Shown here piece by piece: positions 27,832-37,570 of a stretch of DNA of 64,000 nt. Under the pieces are notes generated by a model that was not told the DNA's origin, did not search any database, and saw nothing but the letters and a program-made list of their open reading frames with translations. The DNA comes from a virus. The DNA lies in the IMG/VR virus record IMGVR_UViG_3300022188_000006, positions 92,276 to 156,275 of that record; one strand, given 5' to 3'. The translations under genes and the position numbers were made by a program. Every line of letters starts with the position of its first letter. Position 1 is the stretch's first letter.

Positions 27832-28804
27832 CGGTCACCGGGCCATCACCCTTGTACTCCTTGCTGTTGGGGAGCGTAAAGAGTCCTTTGACCTGCTTTA
27901 ACGCCTGGTCGTAACTGTTGCCCATCACAATGACCGAGATGAACAGCTCTTTCAGGTGAGCGAAGGAAAGCCCCTCGGTATCGTCGACCCACCGGTCGAT
28001 ATCAGCGACCGCGACATCATCGTAGTTCTCGGCACCCTGCGAAAACAGGAACTTGAAGAATGCTTTCCGGCAGATCGGAGAAGGCGGTCCGAAGTAGTAT
28101 CTCCGGTCGAACCTGCTCGGTCTATTGATGATCCGCTCCCCCAGCCTCTCAGGGTAGTTCGTCGTCGCGATGTACACTACCTTCGAAACCCCAGAAACAC
28201 CGTCCAATAGGTTCAGCACCGTGCTCTCGCAAAACCGCTGTACTAGGGAGTCGATGTCTTCCAGGAGAACGATCAGAGGCACATCAGGCTGCACGTTCCT
28301 GACAGTCCGGAGCGCACTCACGAGCGTCTCCGGAGGGCAATCCCCAAGCAGCACGATGCCTCCACGGGAGACCAGCTGCGTGGTTAGTAGTTTTACAGCC
28401 GATGTCTTTCCTCCACCGGGAGGCCCGTGAAAGAGAATCCCACGCTTGTAGACCAGCCCGTAGTCGTGGAAAATCTGCTCCCTCTTCCAGAAATCCTCAA
28501 TGTGCTCTAGGACATCCGCAGCAAAGCTGTCAGGAAGAGCTGCGAGCTTTCCGCCACTATCCGGCATCCGAACAAAAATCAGGCCACGCTCCATGGTCAC
28601 CACAGGTTTGTACATGCCAGGCGGCAACTCGTTCTGCGTATGGCCGACCGCGGCAAACTCTACACCGTCATTAGACGCCCACTGCGTTGCTGTCAGTAGG
28701 CCGCCCCTCTTGGCAGTTCTGAGTACACGTAGCGCATCTTCCGGCGCCAGATGTATCCCAAACTCCTGCCGAAAGAAATCACTTACTTTTTGTTCGGCAG
28801 CCAT
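27779..28804 (-). CDS. AAA+ ATPase (BCS1-like)
   Basis: YKRGILFHGPPGGGKT, LLEDID, LNLLDG, ATTN, NRPSRFD. Confidence 0.88.
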   Translation of the reverse strand: MAAEQKVSDFFRQEFGIHLAPEDALRVLRTAKRGGLLTATQWASNDGVEFAAVGHTQNELPPGMYKPVVTMERGLIFVRMPDSGGKLAALPDSFAADVLEHIEDFWKREQIFHDYGLVYKRGILFHGPPGGGKTSAVKLLTTQLVSRGGIVLLGDCPPETLVSALRTVRNVQPDVPLIVLLEDIDSLVQRFCESTVLNLLDGVSGVSKVVYIATTNYPERLGERIINRPSRFDRRYYFGPPSPICRKAFFKFLFSQGAENYDDVAVADIDRWVDDTEGLSFAHLKELFISVIVMGNSYDQALKQVKGLFTLPNSKEYKGDGPVTDDRKVVVAAEAPTYEDA

Positions 28805-28812
28805 CTTGACCC

Positions 28813-29019
28813 CTAATCTGCGATCTTGACCTTTGTCGCGATCTTGCCCCTACGGCCATCTGTGAGTTCATATTCTACAGTCTGATTTTCCTGCAAGATA
28901 CGAAATCCCTCGCCGTCGATGCCGGTATAATGCACGAACACGTCGCTCCCGCCGTCATCAGGGATGATAAACCCGTAGCCCTTCTTTTTGTCAAACCACT
29001 TTACTCTTCCGCTCGGCAT
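28813..29019 (-). CDS. cspA: Cold-shock protein
   Basis: GRVKWF..KKGYGFI (RNP1), DVFVHY (RNP2). Confidence 0.95.
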   Translation of the reverse strand: MPSGRVKWFDKKKGYGFIIPDDGGSDVFVHYTGIDGEGFRILQENQTVEYELTDGRRGKIATKVKIAD

Positions 29020-29041
29020 TTGTGTTCCTTTCGAAGCTGCG

Positions 29042-29347
29042 CTATTCGATGTCGTTCAGGCCGCCCACAAGACCGTCGGGCTTCCTATCTAATAGTTTAT
29101 TCAGTTGTATCTCCTTGTACAAGTCTCCGACCTGTCCATCCTCTCTGAAGTCGAACCAGACAACCGTCTGACACTTCGCACAGGCGAAGAACATTCGGCT
29201 AACAAGCAACGGCCTCCCGTTGTCATCGAGCTCCGGGCCGGTCATATCGGCGTTGGGCCTGTGCTGATGCGCTTTGGTCCGAACGTACCGCATTTTTCGC
29301 TCGCACATTGGGCAGTAGACAACACGCTCAAATCTTAATCCGGACAT
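29042..29347 (-). CDS. Zn-ribbon hypothetical protein
   Basis: CPMC ... CAKC; RBS GAAAG. Confidence 0.6.
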   Translation of the reverse strand: MSGLRFERVVYCPMCERKMRYVRTKAHQHRPNADMTGPELDDNGRPLLVSRMFFACAKCQTVVWFDFREDGQVGDLYKEIQLNKLLDRKPDGLVGGLNDIE

Positions 29348-29369
29348 GGTTCTTTCCTATAATGAGCTG

Positions 29370-30152
29370 TCACGGCAGCCTGTTCTGCAAATACTCACCA
29401 ACCAATATACACGTCGGCGTATAACCAACGGTCTTCTTGACTCCGGCCTTGACGTACCGCTTGTAAGGCCAATTCTTGAAGGGCCAGGAACCCGGTTTTC
29501 TCTCTGCGAACGGCACCACCTGGTTGGTCTCCTCCTCGTGTCCCTCCGACCACCTATAGACATCTGGATACTCGACTCGACATTTCCGGCGAGCGATGTA
29601 AGAATAGAACGGGTTCTCCTCGCAAAGCCAGATGAGGCTTTTAGATGGCGTCTTACCGGTAACCAGGTAAGCCAGGAATACAGAGTTCACGTGCTGTCTC
29701 AGCCATGGAATCCAGCGTACCAGCCACCCAAAAGCGGGTCCACATCGCACCAACCATCTGGCCTTGTGCTTCACAAGAAACGGGTCCTGCAGCTTGGCGC
29801 CGCAGTCAATGGCAAACCGCAATCCGGCGGGTCCAGCGAAAGACTGCGCTTTCTTCTTGTACCAGAATTCCGGCATCTTCTCTGACCGAATCCAGTCAGC
29901 ACTGACCGGCATAGGAGCAAAATTCCGCGCGTCAGGACCAACCTCCAGCAAAACGCGCAGATACCTCTCCGCTTTCTCGGCTACCTCTTTGTCGCCCTCC
30001 AAGAGAGAAGCGCCGCAAAGCAACCCAACCCAAGCCATACCGTCTATCCAGTTGGTATACCCGAAAGGCACGACCTGGGAGAAATACCCATTCTCCTCCG
30101 AGAATGCTGACAACACAAGCTCCCTAGCCTCTTCCAGCTTGTTCTTGTCCAT
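29370..30152 (-). CDS. Hypothetical protein
   Basis: 260 aa ORF in operon. Confidence 0.65.
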   Translation of the reverse strand: MDKNKLEEARELVLSAFSEENGYFSQVVPFGYTNWIDGMAWVGLLCGASLLEGDKEVAEKAERYLRVLLEVGPDARNFAPMPVSADWIRSEKMPEFWYKKKAQSFAGPAGLRFAIDCGAKLQDPFLVKHKARWLVRCGPAFGWLVRWIPWLRQHVNSVFLAYLVTGKTPSKSLIWLCEENPFYSYIARRKCRVEYPDVYRWSEGHEEETNQVVPFAERKPGSWPFKNWPYKRYVKAGVKKTVGYTPTCILVGEYLQNRLP

Positions 30153-30164
30153 GGGATGACCTTT

Positions 30165-30419
30165 TTATTCCGGCCGGTATCTCTCAATCACAGCCAGCGC
30201 GTCCCTGGCGGCCTGTCGAAATCGCTCGTCCCCTTCCTGCTCTGCAATGTCTTGCAGGATCTTGGCCGCCACGAAGAAACTTCCAGTCCCAAACTGCCAG
30301 CCACTTGGTGTCTGCTCGACTCGGCAGTTACCTGCTTTTTCGTCGATAACGGCTACTAGCCCAAAATCTCCCTCATACCTACGCTTCGTTCTTCCGTCCT
30401 CAATGCTCACAGAGACCAT
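30165..30419 (-). CDS. Hypothetical protein
   Basis: 84 aa ORF in operon. Confidence 0.55.
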   Translation of the reverse strand: MVSVSIEDGRTKRRYEGDFGLVAVIDEKAGNCRVEQTPSGWQFGTGSFFVAAKILQDIAEQEGDERFRQAARDALAVIERYRPE

Positions 30420-30434
30420 CGTTCTTTTCCTTTC

Positions 30435-31424
30435 CTAAATAGAACCGGCTACAAGCGCACCGCGCGTGACCGTATACAGTGGGTCATCAGCGACCCTGAT
30501 GTCTTTCACCGGAATTGGAAACTGCAGACGCTCGAACACATCGGTGAACACCTTCACAAAACCATTCGGAGCCGAGGTTCCTCCGGCACTCACAATCGTG
30601 ACTGGCTCGCTAAAGTTCGGCATGTCCTTGCCTGCTTCGAACCTCCGCTTGATGTTCTCCAGTGAATACTGGATGGCAGCCTCATAGTAAGACCTAATAG
30701 CCGCCTGTTCTCTGCTCAGCTTTTCCCCGGTCAGGCTGAACGCCGGATCTTCCTTAATCGCCGTCATCCGCGGCTTCACCTCCCCACAGACCTGCGCCGC
30801 TTTTTCGTCGATGTAGTCTCCTGCCCGGGCGGAAGAAAAAGTTATCACAGGAACACTCTTAAACGCGACACAGACGTTGACCATGCCGCCACCCCAAGAA
30901 ATTCCAATCCCGGTAAACTGCTCGTCTGCCAGTTCTGCGAGGACCACCGCATGGCCCTCGGTCACGGGCACAGACTCGATCTGTCTTTTTTGTAGAATCC
31001 CTTCGATCACGGACTTGTGGAAAGTGCCGTCGAAGTTTGCGTCCACAGGATCCGCAGGCATCGAATAGCAGCACTTGTCTCCAGCTTCTGCGCCAGCGTC
31101 TGAAAGGAGCCTACCTATCATCCTGTCCATCATTGGTATGGCATCAGCCTCCCCAGAACTGATAACTCCAGACTGCATGGGCCGACGCACTTCCTTCCCA
31201 AATGTCTTCGCCAGCTCGAAAGCTTCGTCACCGGCGATATACAGCTTCCCGTCCAACTCAAACTCAGGGACGTTCATGGTGCCCAACATCCTCTTGCTGA
31301 ACGCATCGTTCGGAACCTCAAAGAATACGTTCCGCAGACTTGACACCTTCACATCTCCGTCCGAATCTTCCCACGCACAGACCAGCGTCGCTGTTCCTGG
31401 ATCCAAGGCCACAACCTTAGGCAT
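30435..31424 (-). CDS. Actin-like ATPase (MreB/MamK/ParM superfamily)
   Basis: Phosphate-1 ALDPGT, RRPMQSG, EGHA, phosphate-2 SWGGG, AGDYID, IKE, adenosine SAGGT. Confidence 0.85.
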   Translation of the reverse strand: MPKVVALDPGTATLVCAWEDSDGDVKVSSLRNVFFEVPNDAFSKRMLGTMNVPEFELDGKLYIAGDEAFELAKTFGKEVRRPMQSGVISSGEADAIPMMDRMIGRLLSDAGAEAGDKCCYSMPADPVDANFDGTFHKSVIEGILQKRQIESVPVTEGHAVVLAELADEQFTGIGISWGGGMVNVCVAFKSVPVITFSSARAGDYIDEKAAQVCGEVKPRMTAIKEDPAFSLTGEKLSREQAAIRSYYEAAIQYSLENIKRRFEAGKDMPNFSEPVTIVSAGGTSAPNGFVKVFTDVFERLQFPIPVKDIRVADDPLYTVTRGALVAGSI

Positions 31425-31905
31425 CGTTCTTCCCTCCGCGCAATTTTCTCAACAATTCCTTATTTCGGGCCACACCGGCCGTCTTGTCACCGCGAAGTTC
31501 TACCTCGTCGATATTTGTAGTCATCTCGGAACTGAACACCTCGGAAGCTAGAGCCTCCTTGATATTGGGAACGCCAGCATCACCGGAAACTGGGCTAGCC
31601 GTAGCCGGCACCGCAAGTCCCGAAAGTTTTTCCTCAAGCACTTCGGCCAGCATCTCCCGCAAAGCATTTGGATCCTGCTGTACACTGATACTTACCTCCT
31701 GCGGCGTTTTTTGTGCTGCGGATCCAACGGCTGCCAAAAACACCATTCGCATGACCTCTTTTAGTTCCGCCTTGTCCTTTTCGTTGAGGCTACGGAGCCG
31801 CGCCTTCTGTCGATCAAGGCGTGCCCACAATCTCTCAAAGGCTTCGACAGCTTCGTTATTCAACGCAGTTTCAGTTCCAGTGTCACAGCATTGCAGTGCC
31901 GGCAA
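31417..31905 (-). CDS. Hypothetical helical protein, possible actin adaptor
   Basis: Overlaps the actin start; amphipathic C-terminus ELLRKLRG. Confidence 0.55.
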   Translation of the reverse strand: MPALQCCDTGTETALNNEAVEAFERLWARLDRQKARLRSLNEKDKAELKEVMRMVFLAAVGSAAQKTPQEVSISVQQDPNALREMLAEVLEEKLSGLAVPATASPVSGDAGVPNIKEALASEVFSSEMTTNIDEVELRGDKTAGVARNKELLRKLRGGKNDA

Positions 31906-32255
31906 ATAGCTACCTCGTCGATCTCAAGCCGCCGGCCACACCTCCCGCAGTGTCTGTTCGCCTTGGCTCTCTTTCTTTCTATCTCGTCCTTTGTCAGGGC
32001 TATGATCGCTGAGATGCTGTACTTTGTTTTGCGCTTCACCCAGTTGTCAAAGCCGCCAAGCTCCAACAGGGCATACTCTGAAGCTGGTAAAACCTCCTTA
32101 AGTACGTCCAACGAGCGCATCAGAAATTTCTTCTGTGCGTCCGTAACGGCACTCTCTATCGCAAAACCTCCCTCCCACCAATCAGATGGAGGCTTCTGTT
32201 TTTCCATTTTACGTGACCTTTGGTTTTGTTCAACCGTTCGCACTGTCGCGGACAT
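31860..32255 (-). CDS. Hypothetical protein with C-terminal Zn finger
   Basis: CGRC..CRHC. Confidence 0.55.
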   Translation of the reverse strand: MSATVRTVEQNQRSRKMEKQKPPSDWWEGGFAIESAVTDAQKKFLMRSLDVLKEVLPASEYALLELGGFDNWVKRKTKYSISAIIALTKDEIERKRAKANRHCGRCGRRLEIDEVAICRHCNAVTLELKLR

Positions 32256-32673
32256 GCAATCTTACCAAAGCGCCTGTTTCCTGATCCGCTGCTTGCCATA
32301 CTCCGTCCGTCAGTACATCCGTGCCACGGAGACCTATGACTTCTACGTTTATCCGTGTAACCAGCCCCTCCTCGTTCCTCTCGTAGCCGTCGGCGGTTAG
32401 TCTTACACGCCTCGCGTGCTCCGAAAATCTGTCAACGACTCTCTGCACGACGCGGCGCGCGTCCGACAGGGGTATCGCTTTCCCGTTCTCCGTTTGTGTC
32501 AGCATCTCGATATGTTTGCAGGTCCGTCCGAATTTCCCGGCCCTGCACGTGCAGGTACCCGCCTCTCGGTCTATCTCGTACTTAGCCGCCAGGATCCATC
32601 GTTCGTCATCCTGCGCGTACTTGAAGACAGTGGCCGTTTTCTCATCACTCTTCACTATGTACCGATAGTTCAT
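32230..32673 (-). CDS. SWIM zinc-finger protein
   Basis: CTC......CKH. Confidence 0.7.
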   Translation of the reverse strand: MNYRYIVKSDEKTATVFKYAQDDERWILAAKYEIDREAGTCTCRAGKFGRTCKHIEMLTQTENGKAIPLSDARRVVQRVVDRFSEHARRVRLTADGYERNEEGLVTRINVEVIGLRGTDVLTDGVWQAADQETGALVRLHVRDSANG

Positions 32674-33466
32674 CGACCACATCCTTTCCGAACACAGGCC
32701 CTTCCTCATCGAAGGCCACGAGCTTCACTCGGAATACCCGCTCGACCCTGCGGCACACCTCGTCAAGCCCCTCCTTTCTCGTATCAAATCCTTCCGAGTT
32801 GAAAGCCATCGCAATACAGTCAATCAACCACGGCAGTTTATCACTGCCAGTTATTTTTCGCGCTTTGTCTAGGGCTATATTCCAATTCTCCCATTGATCG
32901 TCGTAGAGAGGAATCCGGATGACATGAATCGACTCTGGTACCTCCTCTCGGCTGGGAATCTCAAGACCTTCTTGTTTCGCTTTTTTCTTCTCGGCCTTCT
33001 CCCGTGCTTTCTTGGCGATCTCCGTCAGGTCCGCAAAGCTGCTCTTTTCTACTCGCTCCATCCACGGCTTAACGTTCCCTTCCGTGATAATTCCCTTCGC
33101 AGCCAAAGGGGCCAAGAGCGACATCTTGGACCATCCCACCTGTTCTGCCCATTTCTTCGGAAAGGGTCCTTCCTCTGTTTGGGCATAGATAAGTGCTAGG
33201 TGGTTCGCTTTTCTCTCTTTGAAACCCAGTTCTTGCTCGCAGTAGGCTGCGAAGGTCTGAAAACCCCAGCTTCGATAGACCGGGATACCTTCCTGGGTAA
33301 CTGCCTTAGCGATGAGCTTGAGAAACTTCCCAAGCTCCAGATAACTCTTCTCGACTATCTCCTTCAGCTCAAGGGCTCGCTTGCGCGCCTCTTTTGCTTC
33401 CTTCTCACCTAAAACTATCTCCCCGACCTTGTGGGCATCTACCTTGACCACTTTGTTCTGTGTCAT
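32645..33466 (-). CDS. Hypothetical DNA-binding protein (DUF3102-like N-terminal region)
   Basis: YLELGKFL..YRSWGFQTFAAYCEQELG; similar to the N-terminus of 55663-56631. Confidence 0.6.
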   Translation of the reverse strand: MTQNKVVKVDAHKVGEIVLGEKEAKEARKRALELKEIVEKSYLELGKFLKLIAKAVTQEGIPVYRSWGFQTFAAYCEQELGFKERKANHLALIYAQTEEGPFPKKWAEQVGWSKMSLLAPLAAKGIITEGNVKPWMERVEKSSFADLTEIAKKAREKAEKKKAKQEGLEIPSREEVPESIHVIRIPLYDDQWENWNIALDKARKITGSDKLPWLIDCIAMAFNSEGFDTRKEGLDEVCRRVERVFRVKLVAFDEEGPVFGKDVVDELSVHSEE

Positions 33467-34263
33467 TTCCAGCCCCTTTCCTTCATTACACGCACAACGC
33501 GCTCGTCCTTTAACAAGTCAGCGCACGATTTGCCAAACCGCCGGCATAGGCACATCTCAGGCAACGTGCCGCTCTTTCTTGCTATCTGCACGCACTTGGT
33601 CTTTGATTTTGCTTCTGAGACGACAGCCTCGTCATACTCCACCACCATGTCTTTGACGAAATCCTCCCCGCCGTCCTTGTTCAGATACACCACACGGCCT
33701 TTTCGTATTCCGGACAGCCACATGTAGACGATTATTTGGAACCGGTCAGCAGGCCAGATATCCTTTATTGCCTTGTATCTACTCGCGCTTCTGGTCTTGA
33801 TGTCCATGACCTCGTATTCCCCGTCGAAGTCCAGGATACCGTCCATTCTCCCTACTATCTCGTGCTCTTTGTTCTCCACCCGAATCTCTGAGTAGAGCCA
33901 TTCGGAGTCCTTGCAATGAATATACACGGGCATCTTGGCCATGTGGACCACGTGCCCGCAACGACTACAAACCCAATCACCAACCAATAGGCCCATTGGT
34001 CCGAGGTACTTTTCTTGCCACCATCTGTGTAGCGCATGCCCGATATCAAACGTTATCTCGTTGGCAGGAGTCCGTTCGATTCTTCTGATCCCGCCAACAG
34101 CCTCGGACAAGACTTCAAATCTCGGACAAAGGTAATGCAACTCCGACACGTGGAAGCCCGCTTCTCGCTCTTCCTCCTCGCGGGTCACAACCCACTTTGA
34201 CACTAGGGATTTTAGCGACTCGCGCTTGATCGTGTTCGCCGCTATATCCGCGAAGCTACTCAC
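33463..34263 (-). CDS. Cas4/AddB-like PD-(D/E)XK exonuclease
   Basis: SEL..LCPR, GHALH, GRMDG, DIKT, Q...YM, C-terminal Cys cluster. Confidence 0.8.
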   Translation of the reverse strand: MSSFADIAANTIKRESLKSLVSKWVVTREEEEREAGFHVSELHYLCPRFEVLSEAVGGIRRIERTPANEITFDIGHALHRWWQEKYLGPMGLLVGDWVCSRCGHVVHMAKMPVYIHCKDSEWLYSEIRVENKEHEIVGRMDGILDFDGEYEVMDIKTRSASRYKAIKDIWPADRFQIIVYMWLSGIRKGRVVYLNKDGGEDFVKDMVVEYDEAVVSEAKSKTKCVQIARKSGTLPEMCLCRRFGKSCADLLKDERVVRVMKERGWK

Positions 34264-34681
34264 TGGCTGCCACCTTCGCCAGATACTCCATAGGAACCAT
34301 CGCCCATTCCTTAGTCCCGAGCTTCTTCATTCCTCCAATCTCTACACAGAGACAAGGCACCCGGCCAGCAAGATCTGCCTCAGCCTCTAACTTCAGGAGC
34401 CAGTCACCCTTTATCGAAATTGACTTCTTGTCAGTTCTCTTCGCCTCGATCAGTAGTTTTTTGCAACTTACGTCTGCAGAGAGGCCCACCTTACCACCGA
34501 CCAATCCATCTTTTACTGTCACTTGACCATCGCGAATTTGGACCGAACCAAAGGCTCCAGAACCGGCCACTACCCTCCCCTTGTACCTGCGTGCAAGCCG
34601 CTTCTCTTGCTTCATGGACTTCTTCTTATTCCCGTACCCCGGATCCAGGGCTCTACACCTGGGCGGTTCGTGCTCAGGCAT
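34256..34681 (-). CDS. Holliday-junction resolvase-like PD-(D/E)XK nuclease
   Basis: QEKRLA..GSGA..ADV..LLIEAK; GGAGG before ATG. Confidence 0.7.
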   Translation of the reverse strand: MPEHEPPRCRALDPGYGNKKKSMKQEKRLARRYKGRVVAGSGAFGSVQIRDGQVTVKDGLVGGKVGLSADVSCKKLLIEAKRTDKKSISIKGDWLLKLEAEADLAGRVPCLCVEIGGMKKLGTKEWAMVPMEYLAKVAASE

Positions 34682-35981
34682 CATCTCCCTCCAAACCGAT
34701 ATTTTTGAGTGCGTCCTTCTCCTCGATAGTGCCCAGGCGCTCTGCCAGAAGGGTCTGCCGAAGTCGTTCCAGCTCGTCAGGATTTTCGACGAGGTACTTA
34801 TAGATGCTCTTCGCTGTCTTGAACTTCTTGTCGTCGTAGACCCAGCCACTGCTACTATCCCCAAACCAACCGCGGCTCTGGGCGACCCCGAGTATTGTCT
34901 TCAACTCATTCGTGTCCCCAGGGGTGTGCCCATCAATATCAGCGAGCCAGACGCGGAACGTGCACTCCATCTGGGGCGGCGCGCTTTTGTTCTTCTCACA
35001 GGTCGCCTTCACTAGCTGGCTCAAGGTGTTACCATACTCATCCTTTTCGTACTTGCCACCTCGCATCCGCAGGTCAATCGTCGTAGCAAACTCCTGCCCC
35101 ATCCCTCCTGGTTTTGTCTCGGGATTCCCGAACATCACGCCCAGCTTCATACGCACCTGATTCAGGAGCAGGACTGTTGGCCGCACCCCGCTGTTCAACT
35201 TCTGCGCATTCTGCGCCGAAACGGAACGCCGCAGGAGCTTGTTGATAAGCCTTGCCTGCAATCCCATCTGCCAATCCGTGGCAGACGCCTCTATTTCTGC
35301 CGACGGAATTAGATGTGCGAGAGTATCGATCACAAATAACTCGCAGGCACCCGCGCGCAGAAAAGCATCCGCCATGTCAACGCCCTGCTCAGCATACTCA
35401 GCCCGACTCAGCAGCAACTTGCTACAATCGACTCCCAGAGCAGCAGCCCATCGGTTTTCGAAGCTACCCTCAGCGTCCCACCAGATAACCCGAAAAGGAT
35501 TGTACTCCCCGCACTCCGGGCACTTCAGCTCGAAATCACCCTTGTCCACCAGATGGGATTCGTAACCAAGCTCCTTGCACTCCGGACACAGGCCCCCAAG
35601 TTCATCTCCGCGGTAACCACACTCTTCGCAGCGATACTTGCGCTTCTCGGTCCGCTTCATCTTACAAAGGTGCTTCCGGCAGTATCCCTGCGCCGCCGCC
35701 GCTGTCTTCAGCGCCACCAGCGTCTTGCAGGACGAGCGCAATCCGTAGATTCCAATGATTCGCCCTATCGGAAATCCGCCACCGGTAATGTAGTCGATAC
35801 CGAAAATCCCGGTCTGTAATCTTGGGATCGTCAGAGCCCGAGCACTGGAAGCTCGCATGATGGCCCCAGCACCGAACTTTGCATTGACCTTTGCCACCAA
35901 CTCGTCAAAGCTGAGATCGCCGCTCGTTTTTTTCTTCGGTCTCCCCGCCACGCTGTTCTCCCTCAAACTGAATGGGTTCAT
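34674..35981 (-). CDS. recA: RecA/UvsX recombinase with Zn-ribbon insertion
   Basis: TG..GID..TGGGFPIGRI, G.RSSCKT, WDAE, GLQARL, NQVRMKLGVMFGNPETKPGG, KNK. Confidence 0.93.
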   Translation of the reverse strand: MNPFSLRENSVAGRPKKKTSGDLSFDELVAKVNAKFGAGAIMRASSARALTIPRLQTGIFGIDYITGGGFPIGRIIGIYGLRSSCKTLVALKTAAAAQGYCRKHLCKMKRTEKRKYRCEECGYRGDELGGLCPECKELGYESHLVDKGDFELKCPECGEYNPFRVIWWDAEGSFENRWAAALGVDCSKLLLSRAEYAEQGVDMADAFLRAGACELFVIDTLAHLIPSAEIEASATDWQMGLQARLINKLLRRSVSAQNAQKLNSGVRPTVLLLNQVRMKLGVMFGNPETKPGGMGQEFATTIDLRMRGGKYEKDEYGNTLSQLVKATCEKNKSAPPQMECTFRVWLADIDGHTPGDTNELKTILGVAQSRGWFGDSSSGWVYDDKKFKTAKSIYKYLVENPDELERLRQTLLAERLGTIEEKDALKNIGLEGDDA

Positions 35982-36201
35982 TTACTTTTTGCCTAATAGC
36001 CTCCACCTCGGAAGCTATCTTCCTCAGTACAAAGTCTCGACACTCCTCGTAACACGCAGCCTTGTCGTCATCCTCGCCCACTTTACGCACTATCCAACAA
36101 TCCACGCGGGCAAAAGCGAAGTGATCTAGCGGAAGCGTCAGGCCGATAGACGACCCAACAACTTGCGTGCTACTTCCGCTTTTTGAGCTTGCTGACGGCA
36201 T
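35905..36201 (-). CDS. Hypothetical protein, paralogue of 36170-36421
   Basis: GLTLPLDHFAFARVDCW. Confidence 0.6.
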   Translation of the reverse strand: MPSASSKSGSSTQVVGSSIGLTLPLDHFAFARVDCWIVRKVGEDDDKAACYEECRDFVLRKIASEVEAIRQKVNEPIQFEGEQRGGETEEKNERRSQL

Positions 36202-36421
36202 CCTTGATCTTTCCTGTCACGAACTCGTAGCACTTCTCGTAGGCCTGCTCCTCCTCGCCCGCTTTACACGGCCGACTGCACCAGCAGTCTATCCTCGCTG
36301 ACTCGTAGTTGCCAAGGTTCACAGTCAACCCACGAGACAATCCCACCGTCACCGTCTGCTCTGGGGAAACGTCCTCAGGCACGGGCTCTGCTCCAACCTC
36401 ATTTGTAATCTGCCTGTCCAT
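36170..36421 (-). CDS. Conserved phage protein (TxNLGNYESxRID type)
   Basis: GLTVNLGNYESARIDCW; start uncertain. Confidence 0.7.
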   Translation of the reverse strand: MDRQITNEVGAEPVPEDVSPEQTVTVGLSRGLTVNLGNYESARIDCWCSRPCKAGEEEQAYEKCYEFVTGKIKDAVSKLKKRK

Positions 36422-36517
36422 TCCTTTTTCCTTCATTGTTACTAACAGCCCCCAGGAAGCATGCTCCCGCGGCATTTTTAACTGTGGTGATCGGTCGCCG
36501 CAAACAATCACAGGTGA

Positions 36518-37096
36518 TCAGTTCCTACGTTCTAGCACGACGCGCCCGCGCTCGTTGGCACAGATGACTCTGTTGTTAGCGCGCCTATCTCTTAGGATGA
36601 GGGTCTCACCCACTAGGCTGTAGTTCACACGCAGCGTATGGGCTCCAACGACCTCACAATCCACTTGCTCGCCAGTAGCTTTTCTCTCGATGGCCCATTG
36701 TTGGATATTTTCGGCATCAAAAGGCACGGAAACCAGACCTCCAGCCTCTACCTGCCTCTCATAGCTGTTCAGGCTTATATCCTGACCACCCAAAGCAGAA
36801 ACAACTTCAAGTTTGGCTTCCGCCTCGCCGCACCACTTGACGATCTGCTCCACGAGCCTTTCCACCCAGTCGGAGCGTTCAAGAATTTCCGTGGAATCCA
36901 CCCGAAAAATTTCCCTTAGTCCTGAGGGAGTGTGCAGGACCGACCACCCAACGAAACCCTTGGTCAATCGACCGTAGGGTCCGGAAATCGACCAGTCGGA
37001 CCTGATTCTACCTGCAGACACGGCCTCCGCGAAAAGAACACCGACACGGTCGGCTCCGCTTATCCCAGCAGGTGATCGGTCCCACACGGTAATCAT
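36518..37096 (-). CDS. Hypothetical protein
   Basis: 192 aa ORF. Confidence 0.55.
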   Translation of the reverse strand: MITVWDRSPAGISGADRVGVLFAEAVSAGRIRSDWSISGPYGRLTKGFVGWSVLHTPSGLREIFRVDSTEILERSDWVERLVEQIVKWCGEAEAKLEVVSALGGQDISLNSYERQVEAGGLVSVPFDAENIQQWAIERKATGEQVDCEVVGAHTLRVNYSLVGETLILRDRRANNRVICANERGRVVLERRN

Positions 37097-37129
37097 ACAG
37101 GACTAAACGCCTGAACCGCACAGATTCAA

Positions 37130-37570
37130 CTAAAGCTCGCCCTTTTCCTTGAGCACAGGATAAAGAGCCTCCACCGCGACCTCGGCCATCATCGGGATCA
37201 CGGTTTCCTCAACCTTCCGCTCGAAGGCACCAAAGAGCAGCGGTATGTCGATGTTGTTCTCGTTGCCAGACTTACCACCGTCGTAGGTCTTGTAGACGAG
37301 CCAGATCGCTTCCTTGACGAACTCCTTTTTCTGCTCACCAGACAAGCCGTCGATTTCTTTGGCAATGGTCATCAAAGGCCGGACGCACCGAAAGATCAGC
37401 ACTACATCCTGCCACTGGAAACCGTCACCCAACGTTTTTTTGACATCAGCTGCGATTTCCTCGATTTTTGGCAAGTACTCCTTAACCAACGCGCCTTGCC
37501 TAATCTGCTGGGTATTACCCAAACCTTCCAGCACCTTCGCCATTGCCTCTTTCATTTGTTCACCCTTCAT
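37130..37570 (-). CDS. Hypothetical helical protein
   Basis: LSGEQKKEFV; RBS AAGGAG; ATGA overlap. Confidence 0.65.
   Translation of the reverse strand: MKGEQMKEAMAKVLEGLGNTQQIRQGALVKEYLPKIEEIAADVKKTLGDGFQWQDVVLIFRCVRPLMTIAKEIDGLSGEQKKEFVKEAIWLVYKTYDGGKSGNENNIDIPLLFGAFERKVEETVIPMMAEVAVEALYPVLKEKGEL

Noticed and set aside
35497-35690. Intein in RecA
   Set aside because: Too short; no C-terminal HN/C-S-T junction and no endonuclease motifs
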